From Escherichia coli (lineage in GTDB: Bacteria; Pseudomonadota; Gammaproteobacteria; Enterobacterales; Enterobacteriaceae): a DNA stretch of 64,000 nt. The notes beneath the pieces are model-generated. The model was given only the letters and a program-made list of their open reading frames with translations, was not told the origin of the DNA and did not search any database. The stretch lies in the NCBI RefSeq assembly GCF_013122565.1, contig NZ_CP053258.1, one strand, 5' to 3'. Shown here piece after piece: positions 26,806 through 37,022 of this stretch (its first letter is position 1; each line of letters starts with the position of its first letter). The position numbers and the translations under genes were made by a program.

Positions 26806-27125
26806 TGACGGGTCAGTTGCCAGACGGTATAGCCGGTGCTTGCACCGGCGACATCCCAGGCCAAATCTTTCCAGCTCCAGCCGCTCCCTTCGGGGCGGCT
26901 ATCCCAAAGCTCTTTTGACGCCCCCAGACTGACAGAGAACATCAATCCAAACATGGCACTGCGATCCCGGCTCATCCCCTGATGCTGTGAATATTCATTT
27001 CCGGCGGCGGAAAGCATCGCCGAGGCGATAAAGTGTTGAGCTTTATCCTGCCCGCTCCAGCTATCGTTAGCCATATGGCTGCATCCAGAAAGTAACAATA
27101 GCGAACAGACAAAAAGAATACGCAA
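26802..27125 (-). CDS. yfiM: lipoprotein YfiM (DUF2279)
   Basis: ORF track 26802..27146 (TTG). A second TTG at 27125 is preceded by GGAGG at 7-nt spacing and gives (M)[15 protein letters not shown]..., 107 aa. Start uncertain. 3' end overlaps kgtP stop by 4 nt (convergent). Confidence 0.75.
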
Positions 27126-27170
27126 AACGTGGCCTCCAAAAAACAAACCCCGTACAGGACGGGGTTGTGA

Positions 27171-28529
27171 TTACAGGATGCGGCTAATTAATCGGTCGAT
27201 GCGGATACGGCGCAAACGGCGGATGAGTTTACGAACCTTCACCGGATAATCGGCAATACTTTGCAGATCGCGATAGTGCTTAACGATGGTGGTATGCTCG
27301 CGGATCAGCTCCAGTTCTTTCTCTCGCTGTGGCGCAAGCTCCAGTTGCGGATCGTGGATCAAAATGGCGTTTTCCAGATCCAGACGCCAGGCGCGCGGGT
27401 TCAGGTTATTACCGGTGATCAACATCCACTTATCATCAACCCACATCCCTTTCAGGTGATAGGTGTTGTCGTCATCTTTCCATAACCGAACCACTAGCTG
27501 GTCAGTATTGACGTAATACTGCAAACGGCTCAGGAAACGACGCAGATTGATCTCATATAGATAAGGCAATGCGCCAATTATCTTGAAAGGTTCATCTTCC
27601 GGAATGTAGAAGTCATTCGCGGTTTTATCACCAACAATAATTTCGACCTTTTTCCCTTCGCGCAGCAACTGGATAATATTGCGCACAAGGATTGCTGGCA
27701 GGTTGAAGTATGGCGTACAGATGGTTAGTTTCTGCTCGGCACAAGGCATAAGATGGAAAATGGTCTTGTTCAACAGACTCGATTTCCCCAGCCCCACTAG
27801 CGGCGTTACGGAAAGCTGATCGTTGTCGGCATCGCCCTGGAAATGATAAGCGGCATCACGCAGCTCCTGGCGGAACAGACGAATATCGTTCTTGATTTCC
27901 GGGCTTTTTGGCCGATTAACATCATCCAGACGATTAACGCCGCGGCCATTCATAATATTCTGTGTAACCCATTCAAACATAATGTCTGACATCTTACGGT
28001 TACGGATCAGATGATAACGGTCGTAGCGATATTTATCGTGCTGATGCAGGTAAACATCGTTCAGGCTGGCACCGCTATAAAGTACGCTATCGTCGATGAT
28101 AAAGCCTTTAAAGTGCAGAACACCAAGGGCTTCACGGGTATTGATTGGAACGCCATAAACTGGAACATCTACGCCCGGATTTTCCTGCGCCATGCGGCAG
28201 TACCAGTCAGCGTTAGTGTTAGATGCCGCAGCGCCAATACGTCCACGTTGTGCACGATGCCAGTCGACCAGCACCCGTACATCCAGTTCCGGACGCTGCC
28301 TTTTAGCCTCATACAACGCGTTCAGAATGCCTTTGCCACCGTCATCCTGTTCGAGATACAGGGCGACAATGCAAATGCGCTGCTTCGCGCTGGCTATTTT
28401 TTCCAGCAGCGTCTCCCGGAAGTCGGCGGGAGCGTAAAAGAAATCGACATCATCAACTGATTGAGAAATCTTGGGTAGTTGGGCAAGGTGTTGTTGATGT
28501 TTATTACGCTTAAATTTTGACAACATCAC
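27171..28529 (-). CDS. pssA: CDP-diacylglycerol--serine O-phosphatidyltransferase (phosphatidylserine synthase)
   Basis: 452-aa ORF MLSKFKRNKHQQHLAQLPKISQSVDDVDFFY... recognised as PssA; PLD-like HxK motifs. Confidence 0.95.
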   Translation of the reverse strand: MMLSKFKRNKHQQHLAQLPKISQSVDDVDFFYAPADFRETLLEKIASAKQRICIVALYLEQDDGGKGILNALYEAKRQRPELDVRVLVDWHRAQRGRIGAAASNTNADWYCRMAQENPGVDVPVYGVPINTREALGVLHFKGFIIDDSVLYSGASLNDVYLHQHDKYRYDRYHLIRNRKMSDIMFEWVTQNIMNGRGVNRLDDVNRPKSPEIKNDIRLFRQELRDAAYHFQGDADNDQLSVTPLVGLGKSSLLNKTIFHLMPCAEQKLTICTPYFNLPAILVRNIIQLLREGKKVEIIVGDKTANDFYIPEDEPFKIIGALPYLYEINLRRFLSRLQYYVNTDQLVVRLWKDDDNTYHLKGMWVDDKWMLITGNNLNPRAWRLDLENAILIHDPQLELAPQREKELELIREHTTIVKHYRDLQSIADYPVKVRKLIRRLRRIRIDRLISRIL

Positions 28530-28639
28530 AGTGCATTTCTTCTCTGTTCATTGAAGGGTCCTCTGTGCAATGCAGACGACATAAGCGGGCAATAATAACA
28601 CCAGTCCCGATTAAGTGGTCAACATTTCCAGTACCTTAC

Positions 28640-31300
28640 TCATGATTCCTCGCGTTGGGCAAGATTTAGCGTAAGCCCAACGATCCCCTCTTCGAGCTGG
28701 ATATCAACGTTAAACCCGAGCTTGCGGGCCAGCGCCACCATGCCACGATTATTTGGCATCGTAATACCATTCAGACGTTGTAGTCCGTGATCTCGCGTAT
28801 AGGTAATCAACTTTTCCATTAAGCGTCGACCTAAGCCTAACCCTTTGAGATCCGAGCGAACCAGCACGGCAAATTCGGCATCGATGTTATCAGGGTCGGA
28901 GATCGCACGCGTGACGCCGAGGATCTCTTCCGTTTGATCAATACGTCGTACCGCTACAAACGCCATTTCCCGATCGTAGTCGATCTGCGTCATGTTGGCT
29001 AAATCTTCATGGGTAAATTCGTTGATCTCGCTAAAGTAGCGGTAATAAAGATCTTCTTTGGTGACCCGCGAAATGAATTGCTGAAGTTGTGGCTCATCTT
29101 CTGGCAAAATCGGGCGGAACAAGCAGCGTTCACCGTTTTTCAATTCTACCCATTCTTCCAGCTGATGCGGATAAGGGCGCACTGCCAGCCGACTCTCGTT
29201 ATCGCCTTCAAACGGCGCGATATCCAGCGTGACATCCAGCGCGGTAAATTCACTGCCAGAAGCCAGCAAAGGATGAATATCCAGACGCTGAATTTCCGGG
29301 CAATCGACAATCAAGTTAGAAACCTGCACCAGAAGCTGGCTCAAGCCTGCAACATCTAATGGGCGTAGCGCACTGCGCGCACGAATCTTTTTACTTTTGA
29401 TCCCCTGAATAACCAGATAGCGGGCCAGGTTCATGTTCAGCGGCGGTAGTGCGACGACGGCTTGATCTTCAGGACGCCACTCCACACCGCCTTCGCCCAG
29501 CATGATCAACGGCCCGAAAACCGGATCGTGCTCAACCACAACCCGCAACTCCTGAGCGCCAGCACGGTTAGCCATACTTTGCACCAACAGGCCGTGGACC
29601 CGCGCCTGCGGCCAGGCCATTTTTACGCGATCGAAAATGGCGTTTGCCGCTTGCTGGACTTCATTGGCTGTACGCAGGTAGAGCATGACGCCCTGAACTT
29701 CCGATTTATGTGGAATATCCGGCGAACGCAATTTCAGCGCCACCGGATAACCAATCTGTTCGGCAATATGCACCGCTTCGGTGCTATCGCTGGCAATCCA
29801 GGTGGGGAGCGTGTTCATGCCATACGCTTGCAGGATGGGCTGAACTTCATGGGTATCGAGCGACGTAGCCCCTTCGGCAATCGCCTGTTGCAACAGAAGA
29901 TGCGCTTCTGCGGTATTAGAGGTCAGATTGCTGGGCAGCGCCGGCGTTTCGCGTAGTTGCTTCTGATTACGCCGGTACTCCACCATATGCATAAAAGCAG
30001 TGATGGTTCCTTCCGGGGTACGGTAGGTCGGTAGTCCGGCTTCACTGAATAATCGTCGTGCCTCTTGCGAGGAGTGCTCGCCGCACCAGTTCGTCAGCAA
30101 AGAGACATATTTGCTGCGGGGATGATGCTTTATCGCTTCAATTAATACTTGCGCGCTTTCTGTTGCGGGAGCAGCGGCGCTGGGCGAATGAATAACCATC
30201 AGCGCATCAAAATCCTGGCTGTGGAGCAGAATGTCCAGCGTTTTGACATAATGCTCGCTGCTGGCGTCATCTCGCAGATCGAGCGGGTTAGAGACTGCCA
30301 CATGTTCTGGCAGTGCGTCGCGCAGTTTCTGGCAGGTTTCTTCGCTTAGCGTTGCCAGCTTGCCATTGCGTGACCATAAGGCATCCAGCGCCAGCGCGGC
30401 AGGCGCAGCACCGTTGCTGATAATCATCAACCGGTCGCCACGCAGCGGGCGCATATGGCTAAGGGTTTCCACCGCCGAAAACAGCTCGTGGGTGTCCTGT
30501 ACCCGCAACAAACCGGCACGCTGAATAGCCGCATCCCACGCCGGATCCATTCCTGCCGTCGTGTTGAGCAGTCGCTGTGCCGCCGGGCTACGTCCGCTTT
30601 TAATCACCAGAATCGGTTTGTTGCGAGAGGCACTACGGGCCGCCGAAACAAAGCGTCGCGCGTCGCTTAACTGTTCGAGATAAAGCAGGATGGCGCTGGT
30701 TTTACTGTCGCGGGCCAGATAGTCGAGCAATTCATCAACGTCGATATCCAGGCTGTCGCCGAGCGCAATAAAGTAGGAAAAGCCCATCTCACGCTGTTGC
30801 GCCCAGTCGAGGATGGTGTTGGAGACGGCAGCCGATTGTGAAATAAACGCCAGCTTGCCGCGTTTAATCGGCACAGGCGAAAAGCTGGCATTCAGACCTT
30901 GCCAGGGAGCCAGTAAACCCAGACTGTTTGGTCCAAGCAGGCGCATGTTATGGCGCAGGGCGCAGGCGCGGAGATCTTCGTGTTGCGATGCCGGGGCGGA
31001 AAGAATAATGCAGGTTTTACAGCCTTTCTCGCCGAGCTCTTCCAGAAGAGCAAGATTACGGCTGGCATTGGTACATAAAACCGCAAGGTCGGGTGTAAAG
31101 GGCAAGCTGGCAATATCCGGCCAGGCCAACACACCCAACACCGCTTTCCAGGCTGGCGTCACCGGGAGTACCGGTCCGTTAAAGCCTCCCGCCAGCAGGT
31201 TACGCATCATCAGGTAACCTGCGCGATTGGGTTTCATCGATGCGCCAATTACCGCAATCGATTTTGGTCGCAGTAGTGCTTCCAGTCCTCGCTGACTCAT
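28640..31300 (-). CDS. patZ: protein lysine acetyltransferase PatZ/Pka (acyl-CoA synthetase-like N-terminal region plus C-terminal GNAT)
   Basis: 886-aa ORF recognised as YfiQ/PatZ; CoA-binding and ATP-grasp regions and C-terminal GNAT segment. Confidence 0.93.
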   Translation of the reverse strand: MSQRGLEALLRPKSIAVIGASMKPNRAGYLMMRNLLAGGFNGPVLPVTPAWKAVLGVLAWPDIASLPFTPDLAVLCTNASRNLALLEELGEKGCKTCIILSAPASQHEDLRACALRHNMRLLGPNSLGLLAPWQGLNASFSPVPIKRGKLAFISQSAAVSNTILDWAQQREMGFSYFIALGDSLDIDVDELLDYLARDSKTSAILLYLEQLSDARRFVSAARSASRNKPILVIKSGRSPAAQRLLNTTAGMDPAWDAAIQRAGLLRVQDTHELFSAVETLSHMRPLRGDRLMIISNGAAPAALALDALWSRNGKLATLSEETCQKLRDALPEHVAVSNPLDLRDDASSEHYVKTLDILLHSQDFDALMVIHSPSAAAPATESAQVLIEAIKHHPRSKYVSLLTNWCGEHSSQEARRLFSEAGLPTYRTPEGTITAFMHMVEYRRNQKQLRETPALPSNLTSNTAEAHLLLQQAIAEGATSLDTHEVQPILQAYGMNTLPTWIASDSTEAVHIAEQIGYPVALKLRSPDIPHKSEVQGVMLYLRTANEVQQAANAIFDRVKMAWPQARVHGLLVQSMANRAGAQELRVVVEHDPVFGPLIMLGEGGVEWRPEDQAVVALPPLNMNLARYLVIQGIKSKKIRARSALRPLDVAGLSQLLVQVSNLIVDCPEIQRLDIHPLLASGSEFTALDVTLDIAPFEGDNESRLAVRPYPHQLEEWVELKNGERCLFRPILPEDEPQLQQFISRVTKEDLYYRYFSEINEFTHEDLANMTQIDYDREMAFVAVRRIDQTEEILGVTRAISDPDNIDAEFAVLVRSDLKGLGLGRRLMEKLITYTRDHGLQRLNGITMPNNRGMVALARKLGFNVDIQLEEGIVGLTLNLAQREES

Positions 31301-31331
31301 ACCGGTCTCCCGCAGAAGTGACCGAATGATT

Positions 31332-32030
31332 TTAAACGCTTTCTAACTGTTCTGCTGTGATGCTACCCAGATGTTGCGTTTTTCCTGCCAGATAGCGTGT
31401 TTTAAAGCGGGTAAAATGCTCGCCTAACCCTGCTGCCGCCCCGGTATCGCCGGCCATATCTAACAGTGCGATGGCTACCTCGGCAGTACAATATTGGCCT
31501 TCAGCCTGGGCTTCACGCAGGCGATAGGCAGAAAGTCGGGAAAGATCGACGGAAATGACGGGAAGATTATCCAGATACGGACTTTTACGAAACATCTTGC
31601 GAGCTTCCGGCCAGGTACCATCGAGCATGATAAATAGCGGAGGCTTACCGGCAGGTGGTGTGAAGATCACTTCCCGTTGCTCATCAGCATACGAGGCTGG
31701 AAAAACCACCATTGGCTGATAGTCCGGGTTTTGTACCAGATCCAGCAAATCCTGCGAGGGTTCGGTACGCGACCATTGAAACGCAACGGTATCAGGCAAA
31801 ATATCAGCAATCAGACGCCCGGTATTACTGGGCTTCATTGGCTCGGTGTCGAACATCAGCAAACAGAAGCGACTTTTTGCTTGTGCTGGGGTAATTGTCG
31901 AACAGAGACATAATTTCTCTGGTAAAAGGCAGCGTTGGCAGCGACGAACGCGATTACCGCGGGCAAGAAAAGGACGTGTTGCACGCGCAATACGCTCGGC
32001 GCGTAACTGGAGAACAGCGTTTTCGGTCAT
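31332..32030 (-). CDS. tapT: DTW-domain tRNA-uridine aminocarboxypropyltransferase (YfiP/TapT)
   Basis: ORF track 31332..32081; ATG at 32030 gives MTENAVLQLRAERIARATRPF..., 232 aa; DGTW motif present. Confidence 0.85.
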   Translation of the reverse strand: MTENAVLQLRAERIARATRPFLARGNRVRRCQRCLLPEKLCLCSTITPAQAKSRFCLLMFDTEPMKPSNTGRLIADILPDTVAFQWSRTEPSQDLLDLVQNPDYQPMVVFPASYADEQREVIFTPPAGKPPLFIMLDGTWPEARKMFRKSPYLDNLPVISVDLSRLSAYRLREAQAEGQYCTAEVAIALLDMAGDTGAAAGLGEHFTRFKTRYLAGKTQHLGSITAEQLESV

Positions 32031-32098
32031 AAGAGAGCGTCGAAAAAACGCCATTGTCGCAGAGGAGAAAACGGGGCACAAGATGCGCCCCGGTAAGA

Positions 32099-32518
32099 TT
32101 AAAGAGATTCGTTCAGCCAGCTATCAAACGGCGCTTTCGGTACTGCGCCATTAAGCATGTCGACAACCTGACCGTTTTTGAAAATCATGATCGTCGGTAT
32201 ACTACGAATTCCAAAGCGGCTGCTTAATTCACGTTCAGCTTCGGTATTCACTTTCACAAAGCGCACTTTACCGCTACGCTCTTGCGCGACATCTTCAAAA
32301 ATTGGTGCGAAATTACGGCAGGGGCCGCACCACGGTGCCCAGAAGTCGATCACCACAGGTAGATCATCTTTCAGCAATTTGTCGAGCGTTTCACCGGTCG
32401 CATTAATCACCTCTCCGTCAAACAAGTCGTGACCGCAGCGTCCGCATTTTGCCGCATCTTCGATCCGATCGTCGGGAATGCGATTGATGGCCTGACAATG
32501 GGTACAAACGGTATTCAT
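32099..32518 (-). CDS. trxC: thioredoxin 2
   Basis: 139-aa ORF with N-terminal zinc-finger cysteines (CTHC, CGRC) and WCGPC active site. Confidence 0.95.
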
Positions 32519-32724
32519 AACTAACCTCGGGATGAGTAAGGAGACTTATCGGCAACGACGCCGGTATGTTTCTAATATGTTACATATTATCGGGGACATT
32601 GTTCCAGACAACAATCTGTTTTATTCAATAGGTATGATAGTCGTAGGCTTTGGTACGAAATCATGGCGAACCGCGCGGACTTCGGGTAATCTGCGCGCTT
32701 CGCGCAGCGCTGGGGGAGAAAAGC

Positions 32725-33762
32725 ATGAACGATGAAATGAAAGGTAAAAGCGGCAAGGTCAAAGTGATGTATGTCCGCAGTGATGATGATTCTGATAAAC
32801 GTACCCACAACCCGCGTACCGGGAAAGGGGGCGGGCGTCCAGGAAAATCTCGTGCTGACGGTGGCCGTCGCCCCGCCCGCGATGACAAACAGAGTCAGCC
32901 CCGTGACCGCAAGTGGGAAGAGTCGCCGTGGCGCACAGTTTCCCGCGCGCCGGGTGATGAGACGCCGGAAAAGGCCGATCACGGTGGTATCAGTGGTAAA
33001 AGTTTTATTGATCCGGAAGTGTTGCGTCGTCAGCGTGCGGAAGAAACCCGCGTCTACGGCGAAAACGCCTGTCAGGCACTGTTCCAGAGCCGCCCGGAAG
33101 CGATTGTTCGCGCCTGGTTTATTCAGAGTGTAACGCCGCGTTTTAAAGAAGCCTTGCGCTGGATGGCAGCAAACCGCAAAGCGTACCATGTGGTAGATGA
33201 AGCGGAATTGACAAAAGCGTCAGGCACGGAACATCACGGCGGCGTTTGCTTCCTGATCAAAAAGCGTAATGGCACAACTGTGCAGCAGTGGGTAAGCCAG
33301 GCAGGCGCGCAGGATTGTGTTCTGGCACTGGAAAACGAATCTAACCCGCATAACCTGGGTGGCATGATGCGCAGCTGTGCGCACTTCGGCGTGAAAGGTG
33401 TTGTGGTGCAGGATGCGGCACTGCTGGAGTCGGGTGCGGCTATCCGTACCGCAGAAGGCGGCGCAGAGCACGTTCAGCCGATTACTGGCGACAACATTGT
33501 TAACGTGCTGGATGATTTCCGTCAGGCGGGTTACACCGTAGTGACAACTTCCAGCGAGCAGGGGAAACCGCTGTTCAAAACCAGCCTGCCAGCGAAAATG
33601 GTACTGGTGCTGGGTCAGGAATATGAAGGGTTACCGGATGCCGCACGCGATCCGAACGATCTGCGCGTGAAGATTGACGGTACGGGCAACGTTGCCGGGC
33701 TGAATATCTCTGTTGCAACAGGCGTTTTGCTTGGTGAATGGTGGCGTCAGAATAAAGCCTGA
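32725..33762 (+). CDS. yfiF: SpoU-family RNA methyltransferase YfiF
   Basis: ORF track 32650..33762; ATG at 32725 gives [22 protein letters not shown]..., 345 aa; basic N-terminal region and SpoU methylase fold. Confidence 0.85.
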   Translation: MNDEMKGKSGKVKVMYVRSDDDSDKRTHNPRTGKGGGRPGKSRADGGRRPARDDKQSQPRDRKWEESPWRTVSRAPGDETPEKADHGGISGKSFIDPEVLRRQRAEETRVYGENACQALFQSRPEAIVRAWFIQSVTPRFKEALRWMAANRKAYHVVDEAELTKASGTEHHGGVCFLIKKRNGTTVQQWVSQAGAQDCVLALENESNPHNLGGMMRSCAHFGVKGVVVQDAALLESGAAIRTAEGGAEHVQPITGDNIVNVLDDFRQAGYTVVTTSSEQGKPLFKTSLPAKMVLVLGQEYEGLPDAARDPNDLRVKIDGTGNVAGLNISVATGVLLGEWWRQNKA

Positions 33763-33809
33763 TAAATCAGCCGGGTGGCAACTCTGCCATCCGGCATTTT
33801 CCCGCAAAT

Positions 33810-34499
33810 TTACTCACTCTCTGCCGGTAATACTGGCATCCAGTCAATCGGCGTCTCGCCATGTTGTTCCAGCCACTGATTTGCCAGCACAAAATGGTTA
33901 CAGCCAAAGAATCCACGATGCGCAGAAAGCGGTGACGGATGCGGTGCTTTCAGTACGTGATGGCGTTGCTTATCTATAATCGCCCCTTTCTTTTGCGCAT
34001 GCGATCCCCACAACAAAAACACCACGCCTTCGCGATGCTGGTTAATCAGGCTGATCACTTTATCGGTGAAGGTTTCCCAGCCGAGGCTGGCGTGGGAATG
34101 CGCCTGACCTGCGCGTACCGTCAACACAGTATTGAGTAGCAGAACGCCCTGACGCGCCCAGCTTTCAAGATAACCATGATTAGGGCGGGTGAAGCCCGGA
34201 ATAGTATTTTCCAGCTCTTTATACATATTCAGCAGTGACGGAGGAGTGGCGATTCCGGGGCGAACGGAAAATGCCAGCCCATGCGCCTGTCCCGGTCCGT
34301 GATAAGGATCCTGGCCGAGAATCACCACTTTAACGTCACCCAACTCTGTAAAGCGGAACGCGTTAAAGACATCCTTTTGTGGCGGATAGATAGTGACGCC
34401 GGCCTGCCGCTCGCTGGCGACGGTCTGTAGGGTATTAAGAAAATAGGGTTGTTGCTTCTCTTCAGCCAGCACGTCATGCCAGGTTAATTCGTTTGCCAT
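33810..34499 (-). CDS. ung: uracil-DNA glycosylase
   Basis: 229-aa [28 protein letters not shown]... with GQDPYH motif. Confidence 0.96.
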   Translation of the reverse strand: MANELTWHDVLAEEKQQPYFLNTLQTVASERQAGVTIYPPQKDVFNAFRFTELGDVKVVILGQDPYHGPGQAHGLAFSVRPGIATPPSLLNMYKELENTIPGFTRPNHGYLESWARQGVLLLNTVLTVRAGQAHSHASLGWETFTDKVISLINQHREGVVFLLWGSHAQKKGAIIDKQRHHVLKAPHPSPLSAHRGFFGCNHFVLANQWLEQHGETPIDWMPVLPAESE

Positions 34500-34682
34500 C
34501 TCGCTCTCCCGCGAATCTTCAATCCGCCTAGCTTAACTGCTTCTTTCTACAGAACAAAATCATGCTCATTTTTTAGACTTAAACGAGTGCAAAAAAATGT
34601 AAATTGGTAAAATTTCACACCTGCATAAGTTGATGTAAAACAATAAAATCCATTTGCGACCATACTTGATGTGTGGTTTTTA

Positions 34683-34696
34683 TTGATTTAAATCAA
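34683..34696. promoter_or_regulatory. FNR/CRP-family binding site upstream of grcA
   Basis: Perfect TTGAT-TTAA-ATCAA palindrome about 110 bp upstream of grcA ATG. Confidence 0.55.
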
Positions 34697-34803
34697 AGAT
34701 TCAAGGGTGTTTGAGGAGTATATATACACTCAAGCAACAATGGTTTTACCAATTGGCCGCGACAGGCTGAACAAATCAAATAATTTTGCCGGGGAGGCAT
34801 CAC

Positions 34804-35187
34804 ATGATTACAGGTATCCAGATTACTAAAGCCGCTAACGACGATCTGCTGAACTCTTTCTGGCTGCTGGACAGCGAAAAAGGCGAAGCGCGTTGCATCG
34901 TTGCAAAAGCAGGTTATGCAGAAGATGAAGTGGTTGCAGTAAGCAAACTGGGTGACATTGAATACCGTGAAGTTCCAGTAGAAGTGAAACCAGAAGTTCG
35001 CGTTGAAGGTGGTCAACACCTGAACGTTAACGTTCTGCGTCGTGAAACTCTGGAAGATGCAGTTAAGCATCCGGAAAAATATCCGCAGCTGACCATCCGT
35101 GTATCCGGATATGCAGTTCGCTTTAACTCTCTGACTCCGGAACAGCAGCGCGACGTTATTGCTCGTACCTTTACTGAAAGCCTGTAA
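34804..35187 (+). CDS. grcA: autonomous glycyl radical cofactor GrcA (YfiD)
   Basis: ORF track 34786..35187; ATG at 34804 gives [27 protein letters not shown]..., 127 aa; glycyl-radical motif RVSGYAV. Confidence 0.95.
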
Positions 35188-35209
35188 GGCTTAAGTAGCA
35201 AGTTACTAA

Positions 35210-35240
35210 GCGGAAGAGGGCGACTTCTTCCGCTTTTTTT
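35210..35240. terminator. rho-independent terminator after grcA (bidirectional with eamB)
   Basis: GCGGAAGA-loop-TCTTCCGC followed by TTTTTTT. Confidence 0.6.
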
Positions 35241-35242
35241 CG

Positions 35243-35830
35243 TTAATAGAAAATGCGTACCGCGCAATAGACCAGCAACAGTGCAAGCACGATATTCAAC
35301 TGGCGACCATACTGGCGAAACAATCGCTGAAACAGATGCCCCGCCAGCGCCCAGCACACATTGCCAAACGTCCCAATCATCGCCAGCAAAACGCTGACGC
35401 CAACTACCCAGCTTAACGCCTGTGTTTGCGGCAGAACAAATGTCGACAGTGCCGTAACACCGTACAAAATGATTTTGACGTTCACAAACTGCAAAGCAAA
35501 GCTGGCCCAAAAACTGATTGGTTTTGTCTGAAGCCCGTCTTCCTTTGTTGGACTGGTAGCGATTTTCCACGCCAGCCAGACAATATATGCCGCTCCTGCC
35601 CAACTCAACAGATGCACTGCTGCCGGGTCGATAACAGCCAGTGAAAACGAAATGCCCGCACACAGCAACATGACGATTAAAAATCCCAGACTCATCCCTG
35701 CCAGCACGCGAGTACTCTGACGAAATCCGTGCGTTGTAGCTGAGCTAAGGGCGAGAATATTGTTCGGTCCTGGCGTCATGGCGGTAATCAGGGTGTAAGT
35801 CCAAAAAGCACTTAAAAGGGTCGGTGTCAC
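35243..35830 (-). CDS. eamB: cysteine/O-acetylserine exporter EamB (YfiK), LysE family
   Basis: 195-aa hydrophobic ORF MTPTLLSAFWTYTLITAMTPGPNNILAL... Confidence 0.9.
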   Translation of the reverse strand: MTPTLLSAFWTYTLITAMTPGPNNILALSSATTHGFRQSTRVLAGMSLGFLIVMLLCAGISFSLAVIDPAAVHLLSWAGAAYIVWLAWKIATSPTKEDGLQTKPISFWASFALQFVNVKIILYGVTALSTFVLPQTQALSWVVGVSVLLAMIGTFGNVCWALAGHLFQRLFRQYGRQLNIVLALLLVYCAVRIFY

Positions 35831-35932
35831 TTGTTATCTCCTCTGTTTTGGTAGACAGTACCCGACACGGAACATTTAAAAAAATGAATGTTTTTACATT
35901 CTAAATTCGATATTTTCGATAGGTTTGGGGTT

Positions 35933-36814
35933 ATGGATCTGCGCCGTTTTATTACGCTTAAAACCGTGGTGGAAGAGGGTTCCTTTTTGCGTGCTTCGCA
36001 AAAATTGTGCTGCACACAATCGACGGTGACTTTTCATATTCAGCAGCTTGAGCAGGAGTTCTCGGTACAGTTATTTGAGAAAATTGGCCGACGGATGTGC
36101 CTCACTCGCGAAGGTAAAAAGCTGCTGCCGCACATTTATGAACTCACCAGAGTGATGGATACCCTTCGTGAGGCTGCCAAAAAAGAGTCGGATCCGGACG
36201 GGGAGCTGCGCGTTGTTTCGGGCGAAACGTTGCTCTCTTACCGAATGCCGCAGGTGTTGCAGCGTTTTCGGCAACGCGCACCAAAAGTACGTTTATCGTT
36301 GCAGTCACTGAACTGTTACGTGATCCGTGATGCGCTACTGAATGATGAGGCCGATGTCGGAGTTTTTTATCGCGTAGGGAATGATGATGCTCTGAACCGA
36401 CGAGAGTTGGGTGAACAATCGCTGGTGCTGGTGGCTTCACCGCAAATTGCAGATGTCGATTTTACTGAGCCGGGAAGACATAACGCCTGTAGTTTTATAA
36501 TCAATGAACCGCAATGTGTCTTCCGGCAGATATTTGAGAGCACGCTGCGCCAGCGACGGATCACGGTGGAAAACACCATTGAGCTTATAAGTATCGAAAG
36601 CATCAAGCGTTGTGTCGCGGCGAATATCGGGGTCAGTTACTTACCGCGTTTTGCGGTGGTAAAAGAGTTGGAGTGCGGAGAATTAATTGAATTGCCTTTT
36701 GGCGAACAGTCGCAGACCATTACGGCAATGTGCGCACACCATGCTGGAAAAGCGGTTAGCCCGGCGATGCACACTTTTATTCAGTGTGTTGAAGAGAGTT
36801 TTGTGGCTGGATAA
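35933..36814 (+). CDS. yfiE: LysR-family transcriptional regulator YfiE
   Basis: ORF track 35888..36814; ATG at 35933 gives MDLRRFITLKTVVEEGSFLRASQKL..., 293 aa; N-terminal HTH. Confidence 0.85.
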   Translation: MDLRRFITLKTVVEEGSFLRASQKLCCTQSTVTFHIQQLEQEFSVQLFEKIGRRMCLTREGKKLLPHIYELTRVMDTLREAAKKESDPDGELRVVSGETLLSYRMPQVLQRFRQRAPKVRLSLQSLNCYVIRDALLNDEADVGVFYRVGNDDALNRRELGEQSLVLVASPQIADVDFTEPGRHNACSFIINEPQCVFRQIFESTLRQRRITVENTIELISIESIKRCVAANIGVSYLPRFAVVKELECGELIELPFGEQSQTITAMCAHHAGKAVSPAMHTFIQCVEESFVAG

Positions 36815-36871
36815 AAATAATGTCGGGATTAAACCCGGCATTTAACTTGTCGACAAAGTGCGCTTTATTCA

Positions 36872-36971
36872 TGCCGGATGCGGCGTGAACGCCTTATCCG
36901 GCCTACAAGATCGTGCAAATTCAATATATTGCATGAGCCACGTAGGCCTGATAAGCGTAGCGCATCAGGCA
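36872..36971. repeat. BIME: two inverted REP palindromic units
   Basis: TGCCGGATGCGGCGTGAACGCCTTATCCGGCCTACA and inverted GTAGGCCTGATAAGCGTAGCGCATCAGGCA. Confidence 0.7.
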
Positions 36972-37022
36972 GTTTTGCGTTTGCCAGCACTTTTAATACC
37001 AGGCTTAAACCCGGCATTGAGA

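Noticed and set aside
35013-35663. 216-aa minus-strand ORF spanning the 3' half of grcA and the 3' end of eamB.
   Set aside because: Crosses two well-supported genes and their shared terminator; no plausible start context.
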